From Syntrophobacteraceae bacterium (GTDB taxonomy: Bacteria > Desulfobacterota > Syntrophobacteria > Syntrophobacterales > Syntrophobacteraceae), in contig JBEKQE010000017.1 of the NCBI GenBank assembly GCA_049520035.1, forward strand, positions 3,289-67,288: a stretch of DNA of 64,000 nt, given 5' to 3'. Each line of letters opens with the position of its first letter. The stretch's first letter is position 1. The notes under the pieces were generated by a model. That model was given only the letters and a program-made list of their open reading frames with translations. It made no database searches and was not told the origin of the DNA. Position numbers and translations under genes: made by a program. Below, in pieces: positions 37,595-47,821 of the stretch.

Positions 37595-37978
37595 ATGCCG
37601 ATTTACGGTGTCGGTGTAGACTTGGTGCGGGTGGACCGGCTCGAAAAGCTGCTTGAGCGCTGGGGCGAGCGGTTTGAGACGCGGGTGTTCACTGAATTCG
37701 AAAGACAATTCTGTTCGGGAAGAAAAAAGCGCGCCGCTTGCCTGGCATTGCGGTTTGCTGCCAAAGAGGCTTTCGTAAAAGCCCTCGGGCTGGGGGTGAG
37801 AAGCCCGGTGCTCTGGCAGGATATCGAAATCAGGCATAACACGCTCGGCAAACCGGAGATTTCCCTGACCCCGCGCGCCCTCCAATATTGCAGGGACAAA
37901 GGCGTCCGCTCCTGGCACCTCAGCCTCACCGACGACGGGCAGTACGGAGCGGCGGTGGTGGTTATAGAGACCTGGTAA
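37595..37978 (+). CDS. acpS: Holo-[acyl-carrier-protein] synthase
   Basis: IYGVGVDLVRVDR, AKEAFVKALG and SLTDDGQYAAAVVV-type motifs. 127 aa. Confidence 0.9.
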   Translation: MPIYGVGVDLVRVDRLEKLLERWGERFETRVFTEFERQFCSGRKKRAACLALRFAAKEAFVKALGLGVRSPVLWQDIEIRHNTLGKPEISLTPRALQYCRDKGVRSWHLSLTDDGQYGAAVVVIETW

Positions 37979-38579
37979 GATAGACTGGTTCCCGTCCGAA
38001 AAGTCTTCTTTTCCGCCCTGGGTCGGTGGGACCCGCCCCGCGGAGCGTAGAGATCGACCCTTCGGCGGTGGCCGCAGAGGCTTTGTGGAGCTTGATCACC
38101 GATCTCGACAGCCCGCCCACCCACCCGCGAGGCGGTACTCCTCGTATGACAGACTTATATACAACCCTTCACCATGTACTAATACATTGCTACTTATAAA
38201 TATTTTTCTTGGCATGGCAGCAGATATTAGCTGGTGTTTATCTGGAAACACAGTATGATACGCTAACAGGTCCCGATTCGGCTGGGAGGGTTTTCCGTCT
38301 TTTATATTCGCTGGACCTATGCGGCGGATATTTATAAGGCCCAATTAGCGGATCAATACTATCCAACATTGGATTGACAATAGGATCATATGTCAATTTT
38401 CTCACGGTCGTGGTGTAAGGGAAGTCTTTTGCAGCAAAGATCGTCCCCAAGAGGTTTATGAAACGGTTGATTGTCTTCGAAGGGAAAGCGGCAAGGGTTA
38501 ATGTTGATTGGTCGAAATGAACGCTGGACTTGGATCCGGGTGTCAGGCAAGACCCCGGACATCATCGCAGGAGGGGACA

Positions 38580-39746
38580 ATGCAGTATGAGCTTACAGAA
38601 GAGCAGATGTTGCTACAGACAACAGTGAGGCGCCTTGCAAAGGACAAAGTAAGCCCGGGGGCCGCCGGCCGCGATGAAGCAGAAGAATTCGCCTGGGATA
38701 TGGTGGAACTTCTTCGTGAAAATGGCCTCTATGGAACCGACTTTCCCGAAATCTACGGGGGCTCCGACGCCGGAATGCTGGCCCTTTGCATGGCGATAGA
38801 AGAACTGTCCAGAGCGGAGGCCGCTTGCGGCCTGCTCCTTGCGGACCAGGAACTCGGCGCCCTGCCAATCCTTCTTGCAGGAAACGAGTCGCAAAAACAA
38901 AGGTATCTGCCGCAACTGGCCTCGGGAGAGCATCTTGCAGCTTTTGCCCTGACCGAACCCGCCGCAGGCTCCGATGTCGCTCAGCTACGCTGCCGGGCAA
39001 AAAAAGATGGTGATTCCTATGTGCTGAACGGGAATAAGAACTTCATCACCAACGGCGGAGTGGCTGACATAATCACAGTTTATACCGTGATCGATCCTGA
39101 GAAACCCACCCATAGAAATGCCGGGGTCTTTATTGTGGAAAAAGGGACCCCCGGTTTTTCGATTGGCCGGAAAGAAAAGAAAATGGGTATCCGCTGGTCG
39201 GACACGGTTGAACTGATTTTCGATGAGTGCAGGGTGCCGGGGGAAAACCTTCTTGGAGAAGCAGGGCTGGGGTTCCAGGTTATGATGAAGACACTGGATT
39301 TTTCCAGGCCCGCGGTGGCTGCGCAAGCCCTGGGCATTGCCGCCGGGGCCCTTGAATATGCGGTAGCATATGCAAAAGAGCGTCAGTCGTTTGGGAAACC
39401 GATTATCGAACATCAGGGCATAGCGTTCAAGCTGGCGGATATGGCAATGCGTACCGAGGCGGCGAGGCAGTTGCTCTACAAAACCTGCGCCCTGTTCCAG
39501 GAACAGCCTAAGGACATGAGCCGGCTCAGTGCCGAACTGCTCCGCATGAGTTCCATGTCCAAGTGCGTATGCTCCGATGTGGCCATGTGGGTGACTACCG
39601 AGGCGGTGCAGGTGCTGGGCGGCTATGGGTACATCAGGGAATTCCCGGTGGAGAGGATGATGCGCGACGCCAAAATTACCCAGATTTACGAGGGGACCAA
39701 TGAGATTCAACGTCTGGTCATAGCAAGGACCCTGGTCAGCCCTTGA
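38580..39746 (+). CDS. Acyl-CoA dehydrogenase
   Basis: The start is set at MQYELTEEQ. Motifs include ALTEPAAGSD, QIYEGTNEIQRLVIAR and an ACAD-like layout. Confidence 0.9.
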   Translation: MQYELTEEQMLLQTTVRRLAKDKVSPGAAGRDEAEEFAWDMVELLRENGLYGTDFPEIYGGSDAGMLALCMAIEELSRAEAACGLLLADQELGALPILLAGNESQKQRYLPQLASGEHLAAFALTEPAAGSDVAQLRCRAKKDGDSYVLNGNKNFITNGGVADIITVYTVIDPEKPTHRNAGVFIVEKGTPGFSIGRKEKKMGIRWSDTVELIFDECRVPGENLLGEAGLGFQVMMKTLDFSRPAVAAQALGIAAGALEYAVAYAKERQSFGKPIIEHQGIAFKLADMAMRTEAARQLLYKTCALFQEQPKDMSRLSAELLRMSSMSKCVCSDVAMWVTTEAVQVLGGYGYIREFPVERMMRDAKITQIYEGTNEIQRLVIARTLVSP

Positions 39747-39804
39747 AATTAGAAAGTTATAGTAGTTAATAAGGGGGTCGGCCATTGAAATTAGGAAGTT
39801 ATAG
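39743..39804 (+). repeat. 20-nt direct repeat TTGAAATTAGRAAGTTATAG x2 within a hairpin, just after the ACAD stop
   Basis: The copies at 39743-39762 and 39785-39804 match at 19/20. The flanking stem is AAGGGGGTC / GATCCCCCTT. Confidence 0.6.
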
Positions 39805-40089
39805 AATGATCCCCCTTCCACTTTCTTGTTAATTTCCATTTTCAAGGGCTGAACCCACTTTTTCCTGCTGCGAAAATGCCGATGGGTTACGCTTCGCTCC
39901 ACCCATCCTGATATGGGTCTTTTCATGGTTTGGGGTGTCCGGCGGGGACATGATGAACTGCGGTGAGATCCCTGCCGGTAATGCTTGACAGGATGGCTCT
40001 TTGACATTCTGTGTCATTTAATATAGAGTGTCGGAAAATTTCATCGCGAACGTCTGAGACGAAATATTTACCGGCAGTGGTATAGAAAT

Positions 40090-40908
40090 ATGCACAGGAC
40101 TATATGCCGCCTGCTCTCGTTGGCAGCGGGCGTTTTTATCATTTTATTTCCATGGCCCGGCGACTGGCCGTACCGATCAGAGAGAACCCTTCTGAGGCCC
40201 CTTCCGTCCCGCCCGCAGGCAAGGCAGGGCAATCTGCCCAGCGATGCTTTCAGCAAAGCCGTCGGGTTCCTGAGGGCGCATTGGTCTCAATTCAGCAACA
40301 GGCGCTTCATAACCATCATAGACTATACGAAGCCATCCACCAGCAGGAGGCTTTTTCTTATCAACATGGAATCCGGGGAGGTGCAGAGGTTTCCGGTATC
40401 TCACGGGAAGAACTCAGGGTGGCTCTATGCGACGAGGTTTTCCAACCGGCCGGAATCGCACCAAAGCCCGCTCGGTTTTTTCCGGACCGGGCGCAAATAC
40501 TATGGCGGTCATGGCCCCAGCCTGGAACTCAACGGACTGCAAAAGGCCATAAACGATAATACGTTCTGCCGCGGAATCGTGATGCACGGCGCTCATTACG
40601 CCGGCTGGGGGGCCGTTGCCGCGAGCCGCGCCTATGGCCCGGGGAGACTCGGGCGCAGCCTGGGGTGCCCGGCCATTCCCGTGGAAGTTGCCGAAAATGT
40701 GATCGACAGGATCAAGGGCGGAAGCCTGCTCTATATGTATGCAAAAAACGCGGAAACAGGACTTCCCCGCAGTGATGCAGAGGTAAAGACCGACGCGGAG
40801 AGGGAGGGACTGGTCATAGACAGGTCAGGGAGGGACACGGAGACAAGACCCTCGCCGCGTTCCCGCTTCTCCCCATCTTCATGCCGGCCCTTGCTTTCCT
40901 CTCCTTGA
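40090..40908 (+). CDS. L,D-transpeptidase catalytic-domain family protein (YkuD_2-like)
   Basis: N-terminal TM or signal, FITIIDYTKPSTSRRLFLINMESG, IVMHGAHYAG and GRSLGCPAIP (catalytic Cys). The C-terminal ~35 codons run through dispersed repeat motifs. Confidence 0.75.
   Translation: MHRTICRLLSLAAGVFIILFPWPGDWPYRSERTLLRPLPSRPQARQGNLPSDAFSKAVGFLRAHWSQFSNRRFITIIDYTKPSTSRRLFLINMESGEVQRFPVSHGKNSGWLYATRFSNRPESHQSPLGFFRTGRKYYGGHGPSLELNGLQKAINDNTFCRGIVMHGAHYAGWGAVAASRAYGPGRLGRSLGCPAIPVEVAENVIDRIKGGSLLYMYAKNAETGLPRSDAEVKTDAEREGLVIDRSGRDTETRPSPRSRFSPSSCRPLLSSP
40810..40834 (-). repeat. 25-nt dispersed motif, copy 3 (reverse orientation)
   Basis: The reverse complement reads CCCTCCCTGACCTGTCTATGACCAG. 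It is followed by GGAGACAAGACCCTCGCCGCGT, the hairpin core also seen at 48763 and 54196. Confidence 0.75.
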
Positions 40909-40949
40909 CCGGACTATGCCCCGTCTCTGCGGTGAAATCCTGCCTTCGC

Positions 40950-42785
40950 TTATTCAACCGTCACGCTCTTGGCCAGGTTTCTTGGCTGATCCACGTCGGT
41001 ACCGCGGAGCACCGCCACATGATAGGCCAGCAGTTGCAGCGGAAGGCTGAACAGTACCGGCGAGAGCCACTCGGATGAAGGATGGATGATGAACTGGTTT
41101 TGAGCCGGCCCGATGATCTCGCTCGGTTCGCCTTCGATCAGGGCAAGAATAATGCCGTCTCTGGCCTTGACCTCCTGGATGTTGGAGATCATTTTTTCGA
41201 AAAGCGGCCCCTGCCTTAGCAGGACCATGACCGGCATCTCGACATCGATAAGCGCTATGGGACCGTGTTTCATCTCGCCCGCCGCATAGCCTTCGGCGTG
41301 GATATAAGAGATTTCCTTGAGCTTGAGCGCGCCTTCCAGGGCGATTGGGTAGAGCGGGCCGCGGGCAAGATAGAGGAAGTCTTTGAAGTCTTTATATTTT
41401 CTGGCCCAGGCGCTGATCATGCTCGTATCGGAGAGAATTTTTTCCATCTTGCCGGGAAGTTCGACAAGATCCTGAATATATTGCTGGATCGATTCTGTGG
41501 ACAGTCTGCCGGTTTCGGCGGCCCAGTAGACCGCGAAGAGATAGAGGGCGACCAGTTGAGTGGTGAATGCCTTGGTTGAAGCCACTCCGATCTCGGGTCC
41601 CGCATGCGTATAGATCACCCCATGGGCCATCCGAGCTATGCTGCTTCCGACCACGTTCACGATTGCCCGGCAATGAGCACCCTTGTCCAGCCCTTCCTTC
41701 AGGGCCGCCCTGGTATCGGCGGTTTCTCCGGACTGGCTTATAACCAGCAGAAGGACTTTGTCGTCGAGAACGGGGTCCCTGGAGCGGAATTCGGATGCAA
41801 GGTCCACCTCGACCGGGATTCGGCACAGGCCTTCGAGCATGTACTTGGCCACCAGTGCGGCATGGTAGGAGGTACCGCACGCAACGAGGAAGACTCGTTG
41901 GATTTTGTTCAGCAGGGTCTTATCCAGGTTGAGCTCAGGAAAATCGATCTCCTTGCGCTCAAGGTCGACCACGCTGCGGAAAGTATCGATGACGGCCCGC
42001 GGCTGTTCATAGATTTCCTTCAGCATGAAATGCTTGTAGCCGGCCTTTTCGGCCATTAGCGGGTTCCAGTCCACCTGGTGAGGCTTTGGGTGGCGCTGTG
42101 TCCCATCGGCAAGCGACTCGATCCGGTAGTTTTGCCGGGAAATGAAGACGACCTCCTCGTCATTCAAGTAAACCACCTGGCGTGTATAGGGCAGTATGGC
42201 CGGAACATCGGACGCCAGAAAGAAGGCGCTCTCGGTGAGCCCCAGAATGAGCGGGCTTTCCTTTCTGGCGGCAACGAGGCTGTCGGGTTCCAGTTCATTT
42301 ACGATTACCAGCGCGTAAGAGCCTTTTAGCTTCTTGAGGGTATTGCGCACCGCCTGCTGATATTCATTTACTCTCTGCCACTCACGGTAAAGGAGCGCCA
42401 CTATGACTTCGGTATCCGTCTGGGACGAAAAGTGATGCCCTTCCTTTTCGAGTTCGTCCTTGAGAACGGCGTAATTTTCGATTATCCCGTTATGAACCAG
42501 GGCAAAGGGGCCTGAGCGATGCGGGTGGGCGTTTTGCTCAGAGGGCCTGCCATGAGTTGCCCACCGGGTATGCGCCACGCCGACCGTGCCACTTACCGGG
42601 TGATCTTTGAGCTTGCTCACCAGTCCGCTCAGTTTGCCTTCGCACCGAACGATCTGAAGCCGGCTGTCTGGCCCGACCATTGCGATTCCTGCGCTGTCGT
42701 AGCCTCTGTATTCCAGTCTGGCAAGCCCGTTTAACAGGATGTCCCGGCCTTCATCGGGGCCGATGTATCCCACTATTCCGCACAT
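40950..42785 (-). CDS. glmS: Glutamine--fructose-6-phosphate aminotransferase
   Basis: MCGIVGYIG N-terminus, two SIS domains and a C-terminal AKSVTVE. 611 aa. Confidence 0.95.
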   Translation of the reverse strand: MCGIVGYIGPDEGRDILLNGLARLEYRGYDSAGIAMVGPDSRLQIVRCEGKLSGLVSKLKDHPVSGTVGVAHTRWATHGRPSEQNAHPHRSGPFALVHNGIIENYAVLKDELEKEGHHFSSQTDTEVIVALLYREWQRVNEYQQAVRNTLKKLKGSYALVIVNELEPDSLVAARKESPLILGLTESAFFLASDVPAILPYTRQVVYLNDEEVVFISRQNYRIESLADGTQRHPKPHQVDWNPLMAEKAGYKHFMLKEIYEQPRAVIDTFRSVVDLERKEIDFPELNLDKTLLNKIQRVFLVACGTSYHAALVAKYMLEGLCRIPVEVDLASEFRSRDPVLDDKVLLLVISQSGETADTRAALKEGLDKGAHCRAIVNVVGSSIARMAHGVIYTHAGPEIGVASTKAFTTQLVALYLFAVYWAAETGRLSTESIQQYIQDLVELPGKMEKILSDTSMISAWARKYKDFKDFLYLARGPLYPIALEGALKLKEISYIHAEGYAAGEMKHGPIALIDVEMPVMVLLRQGPLFEKMISNIQEVKARDGIILALIEGEPSEIIGPAQNQFIIHPSSEWLSPVLFSLPLQLLAYHVAVLRGTDVDQPRNLAKSVTVE

Positions 42786-42946
42786 GGTTTTATACCTGCC
42801 TTGTTGGGTTAGAGAAAATCTGTCCAGTTCAGGAGGTGCTCTTTGAACGAATTGCGTTCAATCTTAATCGCATTGCCCGTGCGGGAGCAAGGTGAAAATT
42901 TACTATCTGCGCGTCCGCCAAGGATGCCGGAACTCACCCCGGGTTC

Positions 42947-43147
42947 TTATCTTTGTAAAAATGCCCCTTCGGCGATTTGCTTCATGAGGTCTTTCATCCT
43001 TGAGCGCAGCCTGAGCCCTTTGCGATCGTTAAGGGATGCTTTGGCCGCGTTTCCGGGCGCCTGAATAAGCCTCAGGTATTCGGAAGCATGGGCCTTTGCC
43101 TGCTCGTCCAGATCGATCAGTCTTGAAATCAGTTGTTCCTTGTGCAT
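42947..43147 (-). CDS. Small hypothetical protein (66 aa)
   Basis: Helical, charged ORF between glmS and the dnaE promoter region. No family was recognised. Confidence 0.3.
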   Translation of the reverse strand: MHKEQLISRLIDLDEQAKAHASEYLRLIQAPGNAAKASLNDRKGLRLRSRMKDLMKQIAEGAFLQR

Positions 43148-43442
43148 CTTTAGAGACCTTTCTTGCTTGCAGCACCCGGCTGCGTGCTTTTTTAGTGCCG
43201 TATTCGATAGATCGGCTCATTTTAGTAATGCTTTAAATTTTTTTTGAAACGGCGCAATACGGAGATCCCACGCCGAAAATCGGAAGGGGGAAGGCAGATG
43301 GCGGCTTTGGCTTCGTACGGTTCTGACGCCCTCCGTGGCAGCGGCGGCTTGCGGCTTATTTTGCGGGAACGGGTTCGCCAAATGTGTTAGGATTGCATTC
43401 CATGGTTCACCGATTCACCGATAATGAGGAGAAAAGCCCCGA

Positions 43443-46400
43443 ATGTCTTTTGTCCATCTGCATGTCCATACCCAATACAGCCTTCTTGACGGCGCCATCC
43501 GGCTAAAGGACCTTTTCGAAACCGCCGGCGCCTACAGGATGCCCGCAGCGGCCATCACCGATCATGGCAACATGTTCGGCGCTCTGGAATTCTACGAGCA
43601 GGCAAAAAAATACGGGATCAGGCCAATAATCGGATGCGAGGTCTACATTGCGCCCAAGAGCCGTCACGATCGGGGCTGGAAAGCTGAGGGGGAAGCAAAC
43701 GGGGATGAGGACCGAAGTTTTCACCTGACGCTTCTGGCCCGCAACCGGGCCGGTTATCAGAACCTGTTGAAGCTGGTCTCAGCCGGTTACACGGAAGGGT
43801 TCTATTACAAGCCGCGCATGGACAAGGAAATCCTCAGACGGTGCAGCGAGGGGCTGATAGCCCTTTCGGGCTGCCTTAAGGGGGAAATTTCCTCGCTTTT
43901 GATCAGAAATCAGCATGAGAGTGCAAAAAGGACGGCTCAGGAGTATGCGCAAATATTTGAGCCGGGTAGTTTTTACCTGGAAATCCAGGCAAACGGGATC
44001 CCGGAACAGGCTGTAGCAAATGAGGGGCTGGTGCGCCTGGGCCGGGACCTCTCGCTACCGCTGGTGGCCACAAACGACTGCCACTATCTGCGCAAAAGCG
44101 ACGCCCGTGCACACGAGATCCTGCTGTGCATTCAGACGGGCAAAACGATTTCGGACGAAAAAAGGCTGAAGTTTCAGACCGATCAGCTCTACTTCAAGTC
44201 CCCGGAAGAGATGGCAAAAGAGTTTGCCTATGTTCCAGAGGCACTCAAAAATACGCTTGAGATCGCCGAGAAATGCGACCTGGAACTGGAGTTTGGCAAT
44301 TATCACTTCCCGGTATTTCCGCTCGAGGAAGGCGAGAGCCTGGAGGAGCGGCTCGAGCGCGAGGTAAGGGAGGGGTTCGAGCATAGGATCGAGGCTATAC
44401 GCCGCAAGCGCGCATCCTTTGGCGAGGAGCAGCTCCGGGAGTATCGCCAAAGGCTTGACTACGAACTCGGCGTCATAAAGCAGATGGGATTTGCCACCTA
44501 CTTTTTGATCGTGGCGGACTTCATAAACTATGCGAAAAAGAGCGGCATTCCGGTCGGACCGGGCCGGGGGTCCGCGGCCGGCAGCCTTATAGCATATGTT
44601 ATGCGCATAACCGACTTGGACCCGATCGAACACGGGCTGATATTCGAGCGTTTCCTCAACCTTGAACGCATCAGCATGCCGGACATCGACGTTGACTTTT
44701 GCGTGAACGGCCGCGACAAGGTCCTGGAATACGTTACCAATAAGTACGGCAAGGACCGGGTCGCACAGATCGCCACATTCGGCACGATGCAGGCGCGCGC
44801 GGTGATCCGCGACGTCGGCCGGGCGCTCGCCATGCCTTACAACGAGGTGGACCGTATCGCCAAGCTCATCCCGCCCACCCTGGGGATCGACCTGAAAAGG
44901 GCCATGGCCGTCGAGCCCCGCCTTACCGAGATGCAGTTGGAAAACCCGCAGATAAAGGAGTTGTTCGAAGTCGCCCTGGCCCTTGAGGGACTCACCCGCC
45001 ATGCCTCCACTCACGCCGCCGGAGTGGTGATATCCGACAGGCCGGTTGTCGAATACATGCCCCTGTGCGTTGGTCAGGAAGGTGAAATCGTTACGCAGTA
45101 TCCCATGAAATACGTCGAAAAGGCAGGGCTCATCAAGTTCGACTTCCTGGGCCTGAGAAACCTTACGGTGATCAGCGACGCGGTCAATCTCATAGCGGAA
45201 AATCATGGAACACAAATAACTATCGAAGACCTGCCGCTCGACGATCCGGACACCTACGCCCTGTTGGCCCGCGCCGACACTACCGGGGTGTTCCAGCTCG
45301 AAAGTTCCGGAATGCGGGACATGATGGTAAGGCTGCGTCCGGAAAATTTCGCCGACATAGTGGCCCTGGTCGCACTCTACCGCCCCGGCCCACTGGAAAG
45401 CGGCATGGTGGAACACTACATCCAGGGCAAACACGGGGGGCAGGTTGTCTACGATCTCGACATCCTCAAGCCGATACTGGAATCGACCTACGGGGTGATC
45501 CTCTACCAGGAGCAGGTGATGAAAATTGCCAGCGCCCTGGCCAACTACTCCCTAGGGGAAGCCGATATTCTGCGCAGGGCCATGGGGAAAAAGATCGGCG
45601 CGCTGATGAACGCTCAGAGGGACCGGTTCGTAAAGGGCGCCGTGGAAAACAGTATCGATTCTGTGAAAGCGAACCGCATTTTCGACCTCATGGCCAAATT
45701 CGCCGAGTATGGCTTCAACAAGTCTCACAGCGCAGCCTACGCCCTGATCGCATACCAGACCGCCTGGCTCAAGTCTCATTATCCGGTCGAGTTCATGGCA
45801 GCCCTCATGAACAGCTTCCTTGGCAGCTCCGATCAGATCGTAAGGCTGATAAACCAGTGCGCCCAGATGGATATCCGCATTCTGCCGCCCGATGTAAACC
45901 AAAGCGGCAGGGCCTTCCAGGTCGTTGGGCGCATGATACGGTTCGGGCTCGGGGCGGTGAAAAACGTCGGTGAGACGGCCGTAGAGGTCATTTTGCAGGG
46001 CCGCCGGGAGCAGGGGCCGTATACGGGGATCCATGACTTTTGCAAGCGGATCGATTCGCAGAAAGTTAACCGGCGCGTGGTCGAACAGCTCATTCGATGC
46101 GGCGCTTTCGACTCCCTGCATCAAAATCGCGCCCAGCTCATGGCGGGCCTTGACGAGGTGCTGGAGCGGGCCGCTGCCGTCCAGAGAGACCGCCAGGCCG
46201 GGCAGATGAACTTATTTGAAATGTTGCGTTCACAAAAAAAGATCAAGGCCCCCTCACTTCCCGATGTTCCGGACTGGGACAGCCGAATTCGGCTCCAGTT
46301 CGAAAAAGAGTCCCTGGGGTTCTTTATTTCCGGCCATCCTCTTGATTTTTACTCGGAACAGATCCGCTCGGTGTGCACCGCCGACACTCAATCGGTAAAA

Positions 46401-46922
46401 GAGAAACGGGAAGGCGCCGAAGTGGTGCTCTGTGGGCTGTTCTCAATCATAAAGGAAATCACCACAAAGCGCGGGGACCGGATGGCGTTCCTTAACCTCG
46501 AAGACAGGCAGGGCACAATCGAGGTAGTGGCCTTCGCCGAGCCTTTCACTCAGGCTCGAGGGCTGATCGCAGGCGATGAACCCCTTGCGCTGTGGGCCAG
46601 GGTCCAGCATGACGACAAATCGACAAAGCTGATCGCCAACCGCATCCTGAGTATGGAAGAGGCCGGACTGCAGGCGGTGGACTCGGTCCGTATAACGCTC
46701 GATGCGGCCAGGATGGACAGCGACGCTTTCGGCCGGCTAAGACACCTGCTCATGACCCACCCCGGAGAGTGCCGGGCCGTCCTGCACCTGGCAGTCAAGG
46801 ACAAGGGGGAAGCCGTACTAGATTTGAGCAAACTGCCGGTCAATCCGACCCACTCGTTTTTTGAGGACATGCGGCTCTATTTCGGCCCCGATTGCGCTGA
46901 GCCGATTTATAAAAATGGTTGA
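43443..46922 (+). CDS. dnaE: DNA polymerase III alpha subunit
   Basis: PHP domain start MSFVHLHVHTQYSLLDGA, the PDIDVDF catalytic motif, and an OB domain. 1159 aa. Confidence 0.95.
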   Translation: MSFVHLHVHTQYSLLDGAIRLKDLFETAGAYRMPAAAITDHGNMFGALEFYEQAKKYGIRPIIGCEVYIAPKSRHDRGWKAEGEANGDEDRSFHLTLLARNRAGYQNLLKLVSAGYTEGFYYKPRMDKEILRRCSEGLIALSGCLKGEISSLLIRNQHESAKRTAQEYAQIFEPGSFYLEIQANGIPEQAVANEGLVRLGRDLSLPLVATNDCHYLRKSDARAHEILLCIQTGKTISDEKRLKFQTDQLYFKSPEEMAKEFAYVPEALKNTLEIAEKCDLELEFGNYHFPVFPLEEGESLEERLEREVREGFEHRIEAIRRKRASFGEEQLREYRQRLDYELGVIKQMGFATYFLIVADFINYAKKSGIPVGPGRGSAAGSLIAYVMRITDLDPIEHGLIFERFLNLERISMPDIDVDFCVNGRDKVLEYVTNKYGKDRVAQIATFGTMQARAVIRDVGRALAMPYNEVDRIAKLIPPTLGIDLKRAMAVEPRLTEMQLENPQIKELFEVALALEGLTRHASTHAAGVVISDRPVVEYMPLCVGQEGEIVTQYPMKYVEKAGLIKFDFLGLRNLTVISDAVNLIAENHGTQITIEDLPLDDPDTYALLARADTTGVFQLESSGMRDMMVRLRPENFADIVALVALYRPGPLESGMVEHYIQGKHGGQVVYDLDILKPILESTYGVILYQEQVMKIASALANYSLGEADILRRAMGKKIGALMNAQRDRFVKGAVENSIDSVKANRIFDLMAKFAEYGFNKSHSAAYALIAYQTAWLKSHYPVEFMAALMNSFLGSSDQIVRLINQCAQMDIRILPPDVNQSGRAFQVVGRMIRFGLGAVKNVGETAVEVILQGRREQGPYTGIHDFCKRIDSQKVNRRVVEQLIRCGAFDSLHQNRAQLMAGLDEVLERAAAVQRDRQAGQMNLFEMLRSQKKIKAPSLPDVPDWDSRIRLQFEKESLGFFISGHPLDFYSEQIRSVCTADTQSVKEKREGAEVVLCGLFSIIKEITTKRGDRMAFLNLEDRQGTIEVVAFAEPFTQARGLIAGDEPLALWARVQHDDKSTKLIANRILSMEEAGLQAVDSVRITLDAARMDSDAFGRLRHLLMTHPGECRAVLHLAVKDKGEAVLDLSKLPVNPTHSFFEDMRLYFGPDCAEPIYKNG

Positions 46923-46931
46923 GAGGTTCAC

Positions 46932-47279
46932 ATGGCTGATATAGGTCAATACCAGTTCGGCGAAATAGAGGTGGACGGCAAACGGTACACCGGCGATATA
47001 AAAATTATCGGCGGTTCGGTAATCTCTGACTGGTGGCGCGCCCAAGGACATGAACTCGCCAGCTCCGACATAGAGGACATGCTGTCCGAATCGCCGGAAA
47101 TTATTGTCGTTGGGATGGGCCTGCCGGGGCGTATGAAGGTCGCCGATGAATTGCGCGAACGCCTCGCCGCAGGCGGGACATCCCTGATCGATGAGCCTAC
47201 TCCCAAGGCGGTCGCCACGTTCAACAGGTTGAATAAATCAGGCAAAAAGGTGGCCGGTGCTTTTCACCTTACCTGCTGA
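46932..47279 (+). CDS. Mth938-like (DUF498) domain protein
   Basis: 115 aa with the pattern FGEIEVDGKRYTGDIKII...EIIVVGMG. Confidence 0.65.
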   Translation: MADIGQYQFGEIEVDGKRYTGDIKIIGGSVISDWWRAQGHELASSDIEDMLSESPEIIVVGMGLPGRMKVADELRERLAAGGTSLIDEPTPKAVATFNRLNKSGKKVAGAFHLTC

Positions 47280-47345
47280 ACGTCTCTGCCGCCCAGCAAC
47301 GAATTTATAACGAGCGTAAGCGCCAAAAGCAAATGACGGTGTCAA

Positions 47346-47759
47346 TCACTCTTGGGGGGTAACGCTGTTTGAAGGACTTGAGTCCAGTCCGGTCCCGACG
47401 GAACTGGTGGCGGTTACCGTAAATCTGTAGGCTCTTCCGTTCCTTAGTCTTATTACGGTTATAGGGCTCTTGGCGCCTTCGGCCGTGATGCCCCCGGGAT
47501 GCGATGTCACAGTATAGCCGGTTATGGGGCTCCCGCCGTCTGATTCCGGTGGATCGAAGCTCACAATCGCCATGCCGTTGTCGGGGGCAGCTGTTACGTT
47601 TCTCGGCGGATGGGGCATGAGAAGCTCCACGGGCGAGCCGGTACCGGGCGCACCACCACCCGCCCCGCCTCCGCCGCCGCCGCCCCCGCCCATTGCCCAG
47701 CATGGGAAAGTCACGAGGAAGATGGCCAAAACTGCGATTGTCATAGCTTTGCCGGTCAT
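47346..47759 (-). CDS. Secreted fibronectin type III domain protein with poly-Gly linker
   Basis: Signal peptide, a G9-rich linker, and an FN3 pattern (PRNVTAAPDNGMAIVSFDPPESDGGSPITGYTV...YRFTVTATSSVG). Confidence 0.65.
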   Translation of the reverse strand: MTGKAMTIAVLAIFLVTFPCWAMGGGGGGGGGAGGGAPGTGSPVELLMPHPPRNVTAAPDNGMAIVSFDPPESDGGSPITGYTVTSHPGGITAEGAKSPITVIRLRNGRAYRFTVTATSSVGTGLDSSPSNSVTPQE

Positions 47760-47821
47760 GAAATTACCTCCTGCTCAGTACCTTTTATTCTGGATTTACC
47801 ACATATCAAATTAACCACGAG

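Noticed and set aside
38096-38450. Two overlapping small minus-strand ORFs in an AT-rich patch upstream of the acyl-CoA dehydrogenase
   Set aside because: They may be a frameshifted orphan gene, but I recognise no family and cannot support a call.
42786-42946. glmS ribozyme in the glmS 5' leader
   Set aside because: I recognised no ribozyme core, and the element is not expected in this kind of lineage. It could not be verified without a covariance model.
44055-45434. 459-aa antisense ORF inside dnaE, and similar long shadows at 5379-6782, 38985-40007, 36864-37580, 49394-50284 and 61197-61907
   Set aside because: They lie opposite to, or out of frame with, strongly supported conserved genes in GC-rich DNA. 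Their composition is Arg/Gly/Pro-rich with no recognisable motifs.
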